Shown here piece after piece: positions 1 to 8,657 of a stretch of 36,349 nt of DNA. Made by a program: the position numbers and the translations under genes. A model generated the notes under the pieces. It did no database searches. It was not told where the DNA came from and saw nothing but the letters and a program-made list of their open reading frames with translations. The stretch lies in NCBI GenBank assembly GCA_040081625.1, contig JBEBGD010000053.1, positions 1 to 36,349 of the forward strand, given 5' to 3'. Source of the DNA: Chthoniobacteraceae bacterium (GTDB taxonomy: Bacteria > Verrucomicrobiota > Verrucomicrobiia > Chthoniobacterales > Chthoniobacteraceae). Positions within the stretch are counted from its first letter, which is position 1; each line of letters opens with the position of its first letter.

Positions 1-858
1 GCGCTGAACTGCGCCGTGAATCCCGCCGACGGCGCGCTCTACGTCACCGGCTTCCAGGTCGTCGGCTGGGGCACCACGTCGAAGTCGCTCAGCGCGCTCG
101 CTCGCGTGCGTTACACCGGTGGGCCCGTCACACTGCCGCGCGAAGTCGTGCCGATGGACAAAGGCGTGCTCGTGCGTTTCGATCTGCCGCTCGACGCGCG
201 CACCGCCGCCGATCGCGCAAGCTTCACGATGGAGACCTGGCACTATCAGCGCACTTGGAAATACGGCTCGCCGCAGCTCAAGGCCGACGGCAAGCCCGGT
301 CGCGACTGGCTGACGCCGAGCAGCGCGTATCTCTCGAAAGACGCGCGGAGCGTTTTCGTCGCGCTGCCCGATATGAAGCCCGTCCAGCAGATGCGCATCG
401 GCTGGGGCCTGGCGGCAAAGGACGGCTCGAAGGTCGAGGGCAACGCCTACTTCACTCCTTACGAACTCGTGAAGTTCGACCCGAAGGCCGAGGGCTTCGG
501 CGACATCGCGGTTGACCTCACGCCGAAGCCTCCCCTTCCCCCCGCGGCCACGCCCGTGACCGTCGAGGAAGGAAAACGTCTCTACCAGCTCATGGGCTGC
601 ATGGCCTGCCACGCCACCGACGACAGCGTGCAACTCAAGATCGGCACATCGTGGAAGGGCCTCTACGGCAGCAAGCGCAACATCTTCAAGGGCCAGACCG
701 TCGAGGCGACGGACGACTACCTGCGCGAGTCGATCCTCGATCCCGCGGCGAAGATCGTGAAAGGCTACGAGAAGATCGAAGCCGGGATGCCCGTCTATTC
801 CGGCGTGCTCAACGAAGCGCAAATCGAGTCGCTGATTCTCTTCATCAAGACGCTGTAA
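1..858 (+). CDS. 5'-truncated protein with C-terminal class I cytochrome c domain (probable DUF6797-like heme protein)
   Basis: Frame is open from base 1. CMACH at 598-612, then GTSWKGLYGS...YLRESILDP.AKIVKGY...MP.Y, resembling the cytochrome c domain of caa3 oxidase subunit II (axial Met). Confidence 0.75.
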   Translation, partial: ALNCAVNPADGALYVTGFQVVGWGTTSKSLSALARVRYTGGPVTLPREVVPMDKGVLVRFDLPLDARTAADRASFTMETWHYQRTWKYGSPQLKADGKPGRDWLTPSSAYLSKDARSVFVALPDMKPVQQMRIGWGLAAKDGSKVEGNAYFTPYELVKFDPKAEGFGDIAVDLTPKPPLPPAATPVTVEEGKRLYQLMGCMACHATDDSVQLKIGTSWKGLYGSKRNIFKGQTVEATDDYLRESILDPAAKIVKGYEKIEAGMPVYSGVLNEAQIESLILFIKTL

Positions 859-865
859 CCGCGCC

Positions 866-2065
866 ATGTCCTCCGAAGCCGCGCCCCCCGCCCAGCAGCG
901 TCTCGTCTCGCTCGATGCGTATCGCGGCTTCGTGATGCTGCTGATGATGGCCGGAATGATCGGCCTCACGAAGGTCGCGAAGGCTGTGCCCGACAGCGCG
1001 TTCTGGGCATTCCTAGGCTGGCACCAATCGCACGTCGAGTGGATCGGCTGCACGCTCCACGATCTCATCCAGCCATCGTTCTCGTTCATCGTCGGCGTCG
1101 CGCTTCCGTTCTCCATCGCGGCGCGCATGGCTCGCGGTCAAGGCCGCGCGCTGCTTTCGATCCACGCGTTCGGGCGCGCGCTTATCCTCATCGCGCTCGG
1201 CGTCTTCCTCCGCAGCGTGAACAAGCCGCAGACCGTCTTCACCTTCGAGGACACGCTCTCGCAGATCGGCCTCGGCTACGGCTTCCTTTTCCTGGTCGGC
1301 TTCCGTCCCGTGCGCGACCAGTGGATCGCGTTCGCGCTGCTGCTCGCCGGCTATTGGGGCGCGTTCGCGCTGCACCCGCTGCCGCCGCCGGACTTCGATT
1401 ACGAGCGCGTGAAAGTGAGCGCCGACTGGTTCGCGCAGCACGGCCTCACCGGCTTCGCCGCGCACTGGCAGAAGAACGCAAACTTCGCGTGGGCGTTCGA
1501 CAACTGGTTCCTCCAGCTCTGGCCGCGCAAGGAGCCGTGGGTGTGCAATCCCGGCGGCTACGCGACGCTCAGCTTCATCCCCACGCTCGCCACGATGATC
1601 CTCGGCCTCATCGCTGGCGAGACGCTGCGCAGCACGCGCGCGCCGATGCAAAAACTCCGCTGGCTCATCATCGTCGGCGTCGCCGCGCTCGCGAGCGGCT
1701 GGCTGCTCGGCGCGCTCGGCGTGTGCCCGGTCGTGAAGCGCATCTGGACGCCGAGCTGGACGCTCTTCAGCGGAGGCTGGTGCCTGCTGCTGCTCGCGGC
1801 GTTCTACTTCCTCGTCGAGATGCGCGGGTGGAAGGCGTGGACGTTTCCCCTTGTCGTCATCGGCATGAACTCGATCGCCGCCTACGTGATGGATCACCTC
1901 TTCGCCGGCTTCATCCGCTCCGCGCTCACGACGCATCTCGGCAAGGACGCGTTCCTCGCCTTCGGCCCCGCCTACCAGACGCCGCTGCTCGGCGGCGCGA
2001 CGCTGCTCGTGCTCTGGCTGCTGCTGCTGTGGAAGTATCGGCGGAAGATTTTCCTGCGCATCTGA
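866..2065 (+). CDS. HGSNAT-like (DUF5009/NagX-type) multi-pass membrane acyltransferase
   Basis: RLVSLDAYRG, HVEWIGCTLHDLIQPSFSFIVG, PVVKRIWTPSW and IGMNSIAAY motifs; many hydrophobic segments. Confidence 0.85.
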   Translation: MSSEAAPPAQQRLVSLDAYRGFVMLLMMAGMIGLTKVAKAVPDSAFWAFLGWHQSHVEWIGCTLHDLIQPSFSFIVGVALPFSIAARMARGQGRALLSIHAFGRALILIALGVFLRSVNKPQTVFTFEDTLSQIGLGYGFLFLVGFRPVRDQWIAFALLLAGYWGAFALHPLPPPDFDYERVKVSADWFAQHGLTGFAAHWQKNANFAWAFDNWFLQLWPRKEPWVCNPGGYATLSFIPTLATMILGLIAGETLRSTRAPMQKLRWLIIVGVAALASGWLLGALGVCPVVKRIWTPSWTLFSGGWCLLLLAAFYFLVEMRGWKAWTFPLVVIGMNSIAAYVMDHLFAGFIRSALTTHLGKDAFLAFGPAYQTPLLGGATLLVLWLLLLWKYRRKIFLRI

Positions 2066-3135
2066 TGAACCCGCGCATCGCCAGCGTGGAGACGTTTGTG
2101 GCGAGCTACCCGGTCGTCGGGAAGTTCAAGTTCTTCAAGCAACCGACGCGCGACACCGTCGTCGTAAAGATCACCGACGACGCAGGCCGAGTCGGCTGGG
2201 GCCAGAGCGTGCCGTCACCGACGTGGAGCTACGAGACGATCGAGACAGTTCGCACGACGCTCGACTCGCACCTCGCGCCCGCTCTCGTCGGGCTCGATCC
2301 GTTCGACATCGATGAAGTGTGGCGCGTGATGAATCGCGTGATCGCGCCGTCGTTCTCGACCGGCCAGCCGATCTGCAAGGCGGGGATCGATCTCGCGCTG
2401 TTCGACCTCACCCGCGGCAACCTAGGGCCACGCGCCGGAGCGGTAACGCTGAGCTGGACCATCGATGCGCGCACGCGCGACGACGTGAGCGAAAGCATCG
2501 CCGACGCCCACGCGCGCGGGTATCGGAACTTCAACGTGAAGGTCGGCAGCGACGCGGCGTTCGATGTCGAGATGTGCCGTGAGATTCGGCGACTCGCGCC
2601 TGACGCGTTCGTGTGGGTGGATGCGAATGGCGGCTACGATCCCGACACGGCGCTAGCGGTCGCACCGCAGTTCGCCGATCTCGGCATCGCCGCCCTCGAA
2701 CAGCCGCTCCCCGCAAATCACCTCGGCGGTTTCCGCAAGCTCCGCGAGCAACGCGCGCTTCCGATCCTCATGGACGAGCCGATCGTGTCGCTCGCCGACC
2801 TGCGCGCCTTCCACGAACTCGACCTGCTCGACGGTGTCGCGATGAAGGTGTCGCGCTGCGGTGGACTGAGCGAGTCGCGTCGCGTCGTCGAATACATGCG
2901 GCAGCACGGACTGCTCTTCTTCGCGAGCGGCCTCACCGATCCCGATCTCTCGCTCGCCGCCAGTCTGCTGCTGTTCAGCTCCTGCGGACTGGAGCGACCG
3001 GCCGCGCTGAACGCACCACAGTTTCTCTCCGGCTCGATCCTCAAGTCCCCGATCGTCATCGACGGCGATCAGGCCGCAGTTCCGACCGGGTCTGGCCTCG
3101 GCGTCGAAGTCGATGAACATTCGCTCCGCGCATGA
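2065..3135 (+). CDS. Mandelate racemase/muconate lactonizing enzyme family protein (enolase superfamily)
   Basis: ATG at 2065 overlaps the upstream TGA (TGATG). Capping-domain VVKITDDAGRVGWG and KAGIDLALFD; metal ligands VDANG, LEQP, MDEP; MKVSRCGG. Confidence 0.85.
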   Translation: MNPRIASVETFVASYPVVGKFKFFKQPTRDTVVVKITDDAGRVGWGQSVPSPTWSYETIETVRTTLDSHLAPALVGLDPFDIDEVWRVMNRVIAPSFSTGQPICKAGIDLALFDLTRGNLGPRAGAVTLSWTIDARTRDDVSESIADAHARGYRNFNVKVGSDAAFDVEMCREIRRLAPDAFVWVDANGGYDPDTALAVAPQFADLGIAALEQPLPANHLGGFRKLREQRALPILMDEPIVSLADLRAFHELDLLDGVAMKVSRCGGLSESRRVVEYMRQHGLLFFASGLTDPDLSLAASLLLFSSCGLERPAALNAPQFLSGSILKSPIVIDGDQAAVPTGSGLGVEVDEHSLRA

Positions 3136-6100
3136 AAGCCTCCGCCTTCCTCCTGCTCGCCGTCACCGCGCTTCACGCCGCGCCCGCGAAGCTCGAATAC
3201 AACCGCGACGTGCGCCCGATCCTCTCGGACAGATGCTTCAAGTGCCACGGACCCGACTCCGCCGCGCGAAAGGCGGACCGCCGGCTCGACGTGCGCGACG
3301 CGGCGCTGGCCGATATCGACGGCGTGCGTGCGATCGTCCCCGGAAAACCGGACGACAGCGAACTCGTGCGCCTGATCGAAGCCTCCGATCCCGACGATAA
3401 AATGCCGCCGCGCAAATCGAACCTCAGCCTCACGAAGGACGAGATCGCCGTGCTGCGGCGTTGGGTCTCGGAAGGCGCGGAGTATCAGCCGCACTGGTCA
3501 TTCGTCGCGCCGACGGCTGCGGTCGGCTCGATCGATTCGCTGGTTCGCGCGGCGCTCGATCGCGAAGGACTGCGGCCTTCGCCCGAAGCGGACAAGGCGA
3601 CACTCATCCGCCGCGTCTCGCTCGATCTCACCGGTATCCCGCCGCCGCCGGAGGAAGTCGATGCCTACCTCGCCGACGCATCGCCGGGCGCCTATGAGCG
3701 CGTGGTCGATCGCCTGCTCGCGTCGCCGCGCTACGGCGAACGCATGGCACTCGACTGGCTCGATGCGGCGCGCTACGCGGATACCAACGGCTACTTCAGC
3801 GACAAGGCGCGGCAGACGTGGCCGTGGCGCGAGTGGGTGATCAACGCCTTCAATCGCAACCTGCCGTTCGATCAATTCACGATCGAACAACTCGCCGGCG
3901 ACCTGCTCCCTGGCGCGACGCTCGATCAGAAAATCGCGACCGGCTTCAACCGCAACCACATGGTGACGAACGAGAGCGGGATCATCGACGAGGAGTATCG
4001 CGTGGAATACGTCGCCGACCGGATCGAGACGACGAGCACGGTGTGGCTCGGGCTCACAGTCGGCTGCGCGCGCTGCCACGATCACAAGTTCGACTCGCTC
4101 ACGCAGCGCGAATACTTCCAGCTCTTCGCGTTCTTCAATAACGGCCCGGAAACCGGCCTCGTGAAGGACGACAATCCGCCGCCGACGCTCGACGTGGCGA
4201 CTGCGGAGCAGCGCGCTGAGTTGGAGAAGCTGAACGCGGCGAAGAAGGCTGCGCACGAGCAGTTCGAGCTACTCGCCGGCCCGCTCAGGCCGAGGGTTGC
4301 GGACTGGGAGAAAACAGCCGCCGCGGAACTCGCGCCGCTCACCGGGCAACTCGCCACACACGTCGAGTTCGAGCCCGACTTCGCGGGCGCGGACGATGTG
4401 AAATCGCGCGCAGTCGTGAAGGGCGGCAACCTCGCCCACGAGCCCGGTGTGCTCGGGCAGGCAGCACAGTTCGACGCAATGCAACATGTCGAACTGCCCG
4501 CCGACCTCGCTCTCGAAGCGGATCAACCTTGGAGCATCGGCCTGTGGTTGAAGCCGACGGGCTCGCTCAACTGCGTGCTTTCGAAGATCGACCCGACCGG
4601 CGAGAGGCGCGGCTTTGAGCTGATCTGGCAGAAGGGCGCGTTGCAGATCAACCTTGTGCATCGGTGGGTCGCGAGCGCCATCGAGCTGACCACGAAGGAG
4701 CCGATGAAATCCGGGAGCTGGCATCAGGTCGTCGTGAGCTACGACGGTTCGCGAAAGGCGGCTGGCGTGCGCGTGTTCGTCGATGGGATCCCCACGGCGA
4801 TGAACGTCGTGCGCGATTCGCTCGACGGGCCGATGAGCAATTACCAGCCGCTGCGCATCGGCCGCCGCGATAACGGGCTCGGCTATTACGGCCAACTCGA
4901 CGAGTTGCGATTCTTCCGCCGCGCGATCGATGGCGACGAAGCGAAGTCGTGGTATTGGAGCGACCGTCTGCGCGGCATCCTCGCGATCGCGCCGGGGAAA
5001 CGGGACGCGAAGCAGAAGGATCTGCTGCTCGACTACTACGTGGATCATCACACCGACGCAGCGACACGAGCGGCGCACGACACCGCCGACGCCGCGCGCG
5101 ACGCGGAGGAAAAGTTCCGCGCGCAGTTGCCGAAGACGCTCGTGATGCAGGAACTGCCGAAGCCGCGCACGACGCACCTGCTCATGCGCGGGCAATACGA
5201 TCAACACGGCGAGGAAGTCCACGCCGGCGTGCCCGCGAGCCTGCCGCCATTCCCCGCCGATGCGCCGCGCGACCGACTCGGCTTCGCGCGCTGGCTCGTG
5301 TCGCCATCGAATCCGCTCACCGCGCGAGTGGCGGTGAACCGGCTTTGGCAGCAATGCTTCGGCGAGGGGCTCGTGCGCACCGTGAACGACTTCGGCGCGC
5401 AAGGCGAACCGCCGACGCACCCTGCCCTGCTCGACTGGCTCGCCGTGCGTTTCGTCGAGATCGGCTGGGACTTGAAGGCGACGCTCAAGCTGATCGTCAC
5501 GAGCGCGACCTACCGGCAGTCGTCCGTTCCGTCACCGGACTTGCTCGCGCGCGATCCCGACAATCGCCTGCTCGCCCGCGGCCCGCGCTTCCGCCTTGCC
5601 GCCGAGACGATCCGCGATCAGGCACTCGCCGCGTCGGGGCTGCTCGTCGAGCGCATCGGCGGGCCGAGCGTGAAGCCGTATCAGCCGCCCGGCTTGTGGG
5701 AGGCGGTGTCCTACGACGGCGAACACACCTACGAGCAGGACCGCGGCGATGGGCTGTGGCGACGCAGTCTCTACACGTATTGGAAACGGCAATCGCCTCC
5801 GCCCGCGATGCTCACTTTCGACAGCCCGACGCGCGAAACGTGCGCCGTCGCTCGCGCGCGCACTAACACTCCGCTGCAAGCGCTCGTGCTTCTCAACGAC
5901 ACGACCTACGTCGAAGCCGCGCGCGCCCTCGCGGCGCTCTCGCTCACGCAACCGGGTGACGATGACGCGCGGCTTCGGTTCGCGTTCCGCCGCGTGACCG
6001 GACGTCCGGCGAATGCGGACGACCTGGCCGCGCTGCGCCATCTGCTCGACCAGCAACAGTCGCGCTTCACGGGAAACGTGGAAGCAGCGAAAGAGTTGAT

Positions 6101-6212
6101 CGGCGTCGGCGCTTCAAAACATGGCGGCGACCTTGATCCCGGGCGGCTCGCGGCGTGGACTGTCGTGACGCACGCGATGCTGAACCTCGACGAAACCATC
6201 ACCCGCCGCTGA
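3132..6212 (+). CDS. Planctomycete cytochrome c / DUF1549 / DUF1553 protein with inserted LamG-like domain (paralog 1)
   Basis: Signal peptide; YNRDVRPILSDRCFKCHG; YGERMALDWLD.ARYADT; CARCHDHKFD; NPLTARVAVNRLWQ; TPLQALVLLN. LamG-like insert (WSIGLW, WHQVVVSYDG, VFVDG, GQLDELRFFRRAI). Confidence 0.9.
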   Translation: MKASAFLLLAVTALHAAPAKLEYNRDVRPILSDRCFKCHGPDSAARKADRRLDVRDAALADIDGVRAIVPGKPDDSELVRLIEASDPDDKMPPRKSNLSLTKDEIAVLRRWVSEGAEYQPHWSFVAPTAAVGSIDSLVRAALDREGLRPSPEADKATLIRRVSLDLTGIPPPPEEVDAYLADASPGAYERVVDRLLASPRYGERMALDWLDAARYADTNGYFSDKARQTWPWREWVINAFNRNLPFDQFTIEQLAGDLLPGATLDQKIATGFNRNHMVTNESGIIDEEYRVEYVADRIETTSTVWLGLTVGCARCHDHKFDSLTQREYFQLFAFFNNGPETGLVKDDNPPPTLDVATAEQRAELEKLNAAKKAAHEQFELLAGPLRPRVADWEKTAAAELAPLTGQLATHVEFEPDFAGADDVKSRAVVKGGNLAHEPGVLGQAAQFDAMQHVELPADLALEADQPWSIGLWLKPTGSLNCVLSKIDPTGERRGFELIWQKGALQINLVHRWVASAIELTTKEPMKSGSWHQVVVSYDGSRKAAGVRVFVDGIPTAMNVVRDSLDGPMSNYQPLRIGRRDNGLGYYGQLDELRFFRRAIDGDEAKSWYWSDRLRGILAIAPGKRDAKQKDLLLDYYVDHHTDAATRAAHDTADAARDAEEKFRAQLPKTLVMQELPKPRTTHLLMRGQYDQHGEEVHAGVPASLPPFPADAPRDRLGFARWLVSPSNPLTARVAVNRLWQQCFGEGLVRTVNDFGAQGEPPTHPALLDWLAVRFVEIGWDLKATLKLIVTSATYRQSSVPSPDLLARDPDNRLLARGPRFRLAAETIRDQALAASGLLVERIGGPSVKPYQPPGLWEAVSYDGEHTYEQDRGDGLWRRSLYTYWKRQSPPPAMLTFDSPTRETCAVARARTNTPLQALVLLNDTTYVEAARALAALSLTQPGDDDARLRFAFRRVTGRPANADDLAALRHLLDQQQSRFTGNVEAAKELIGVGASKHGGDLDPGRLAAWTVVTHAMLNLDETITRR

Positions 6213-6215
6213 ACG

Positions 6216-7076
6216 ATGAACGCTCCGATTCGCCACGTCTTCGTCGCCGGTGCGGGACACATGGGCAGCGGGATTGCGCAGGTCGCGGCTGCTGCCGGAG
6301 TGGAGGTCACGCTCTATGATGTCAGCGTGGAGTCGGTGCGGGTCGCGCTCGAGAAGATGCGCTGGTCGCTGGACAAGTTGCACACGAAGGGGCTGTCGCC
6401 GGAGTCTGCCGACACCGTGCTCGCGCGCGTGAAGACGGCGGCTGATCTCGTGTCCGCGGCGGACGCCGGGCTGGTAATCGAGGCGGTGCCCGAACGCGAA
6501 TCGCTCAAGCGCGAACTGTTCACACGGCTCGATGAAATCTGTCCACCGCATGTCCTCTTCGCGTCGAACACCTCGGCCATTCCGATCACGAACCTCGCTG
6601 CGGCGACACAGCGCGCTGAGAATTTTTGCGGGCTGCACTTTTTCAATCCCGTTCCGATGCTGGCGTTGGTGGAAGTGGTGCGCGGATCGCTCACGAGCGA
6701 CACGACGATCGAGCGGGCGATGCGTTTCGTGCGGCAGATCGGCAAGGAGCCCGTGCTGGTGCGGCGCGACCAGGCGGGGTTCATCGTGAATCGCATCCTC
6801 GGCGCGGCGATGGGTGAGGCGATGCGCCTCGTCGAGTCGGGCCACGCCGACGCGGCGGACATCGACAAGGCGATGCGCCTCGGGTGCGCGTGGAAGATGG
6901 GACCGCTGGAGACTGCCGATCTCGCGGGGCTCGATGTGGTGCTGCACATGTATGAGGCGATGCAGCGAAGCGAACCGAACCCTGTGCTCGCGCCGCCGGA
7001 CTCGCTGCGGAGACTCGTCGCCGCCGGAAATCTCGGGCGCAAATCCGGCCGTGGATTTCACGACCACACGCCATGA
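6216..7076 (+). CDS. 3-hydroxyacyl-CoA (3-hydroxybutyryl-CoA) dehydrogenase
   Basis: GAGHMGSGIA Rossmann motif, IEAVPE, ASNTS, GLHFFNP, GFIVNR, MGPL..ADL.GLD, LGRKSGRGF. Confidence 0.9.
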   Translation: MNAPIRHVFVAGAGHMGSGIAQVAAAAGVEVTLYDVSVESVRVALEKMRWSLDKLHTKGLSPESADTVLARVKTAADLVSAADAGLVIEAVPERESLKRELFTRLDEICPPHVLFASNTSAIPITNLAAATQRAENFCGLHFFNPVPMLALVEVVRGSLTSDTTIERAMRFVRQIGKEPVLVRRDQAGFIVNRILGAAMGEAMRLVESGHADAADIDKAMRLGCAWKMGPLETADLAGLDVVLHMYEAMQRSEPNPVLAPPDSLRRLVAAGNLGRKSGRGFHDHTP

Positions 7077-8617
7077 GAACGCTGCGCGATGCGAAGCTGT
7101 GCGTGGCTGCCGAGGCGTTGGCGCTGATCGGGGACGGCCAAACAATTGTGTTCACCGGCTTCTGCGGCGGCATGCACGCGGAGGCGTTGTCGAAGGGCCT
7201 CGGCGAGTATTTTCTCGCGCACGGACGACCGCGCGGACTCACGCTGGTCTATGCCGCCGGTCAGGGCAACTGGGCCGACAAGGGACTCGAACACGTCGCT
7301 CAGGAAGGACTGCTCCGGCGCGTCATCGGCGGCCACTACGCCACATGCCGCACGATCGGGAAGCTGGTGTTCGAGAACAAGATCGAGGCCTACAATCTGC
7401 CGCAGGGCGTGGTGTGTCAGTTGTTGCGCGACATCGCGGCAGGCCGGCCCGGCTGCATCACACACATCGGGCTCGATACGTTTGTCGATCCCGCACACGG
7501 CGGTGGAAGGCTGAACGAGTGCTCGAAGGATGTGCTCGTCGAACGCGTGGAACTCGGTGGCCGCACGTGGCTCTGGTATAAATCATTCCCGATTCATGCA
7601 GCGCTCATCCGCGCGTGGGCCGCTGATCCGCTGGGAAATCTCGTTTGCGACAATGAAGCCGTGCTCACGGAAATCCTCCCCGCCGCGCAGGCCGCGCACA
7701 ACTGCGGGGGCATCGTGATCGCGCAGGTGCGCGAGCTTCTCGACAAGCCGGCGCCGCCACACTCGGTGCGCGTTCCGGGCATTCTCGTCGATCGGATCGT
7801 GCTCGCTGCGCGCGAGGATCATCCGCAGACCTTCGCGGAGGATTTCAACCCGGCGTTCGTCACGCCTGCGGACTCGACACGGCAAACCATGCTGCCGCCA
7901 CTGCCGATGGATGAGCGGCGCATCATCGCCGCGCGCGCGTGCGACGAATTGCGCGCGGGCTTCATCGTCAACCTGGGCGTGGGCATTCCCGAAGGCATCG
8001 CGCAGATCGCCGCCGAGCGCTCGCTCATCGATCGCGTCACGCTCACCGTCGAGGCCGGCGTCATCGGCGGCGTGCCTGCGGGTGGACTGTCGTTCGGCGC
8101 GTCGGTGCATCCGCACGCGATCATCGACCAGCCCGCGCAGTTCGATTTCTACGACGGGCGCGGACTCGATTTTGCCGCGCTCGGCTGCGCGCAGGTGGAT
8201 GCGGCGGGCAATGTGAACGTGTCGAAATTTGGCTCGCGGGTCGCCGGAGTCGGCGGCTTCATCAATGTCACGCAGACCGCGCGACGACTGGTCTTCTGCG
8301 GCACCTTCACGACGGGCGGCCTCGAACTGGCCGTGGCCGGCGGCGAGCTCCGCATCGTGAAGGAAGGCAAGGTGCGGAAGTTCCTCGCGAACGTGGAGCA
8401 GGTCTCGTTCAGCGCCCGGCGCGCGCGCGAAGTCGGACAGGAGGTGTTGTATGTGACCGAGCGCGCTGTCTTCCGCATGAACGAACACGGACTCGAACTG
8501 ACGGAAGTCGCGCCTGGCATCGACCCGGAGCGCGATGTTCTCGCGCTGATGGATTTTTGTCCCCTCATCCGCGATTTGATGACCATGCCCGCTCACGCCT
8601 TCACACCCGCTTTATGA
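7073..8617 (+). CDS. Fused family I acyl-CoA:acetate/propionate CoA-transferase (YdiF/Pct-like)
   Basis: EAYNLPQG, GLDTFVDP, NLGVGIPEGI, catalytic TVEAG, QFDFYDG.GLD, GNVNVS, G.GGFINV, YVTERAVF, EVAPGID; ATGA overlap. Confidence 0.9.
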   Translation: MRTLRDAKLCVAAEALALIGDGQTIVFTGFCGGMHAEALSKGLGEYFLAHGRPRGLTLVYAAGQGNWADKGLEHVAQEGLLRRVIGGHYATCRTIGKLVFENKIEAYNLPQGVVCQLLRDIAAGRPGCITHIGLDTFVDPAHGGGRLNECSKDVLVERVELGGRTWLWYKSFPIHAALIRAWAADPLGNLVCDNEAVLTEILPAAQAAHNCGGIVIAQVRELLDKPAPPHSVRVPGILVDRIVLAAREDHPQTFAEDFNPAFVTPADSTRQTMLPPLPMDERRIIAARACDELRAGFIVNLGVGIPEGIAQIAAERSLIDRVTLTVEAGVIGGVPAGGLSFGASVHPHAIIDQPAQFDFYDGRGLDFAALGCAQVDAAGNVNVSKFGSRVAGVGGFINVTQTARRLVFCGTFTTGGLELAVAGGELRIVKEGKVRKFLANVEQVSFSARRAREVGQEVLYVTERAVFRMNEHGLELTEVAPGIDPERDVLALMDFCPLIRDLMTMPAHAFTPAL

Positions 8618-8657
8618 TCCGCATCTGCATCGGCGGAGTCGAGTTTCGCATGTCGCC

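Noticed and set aside
1039..2064. 342-aa N-terminal extension of the enolase-family ORF
   Set aside because: Off-frame overlap with the HGSNAT-like gene, Arg/Ala-rich junk; the coupled ATG at 2065 begins the recognisable domain.
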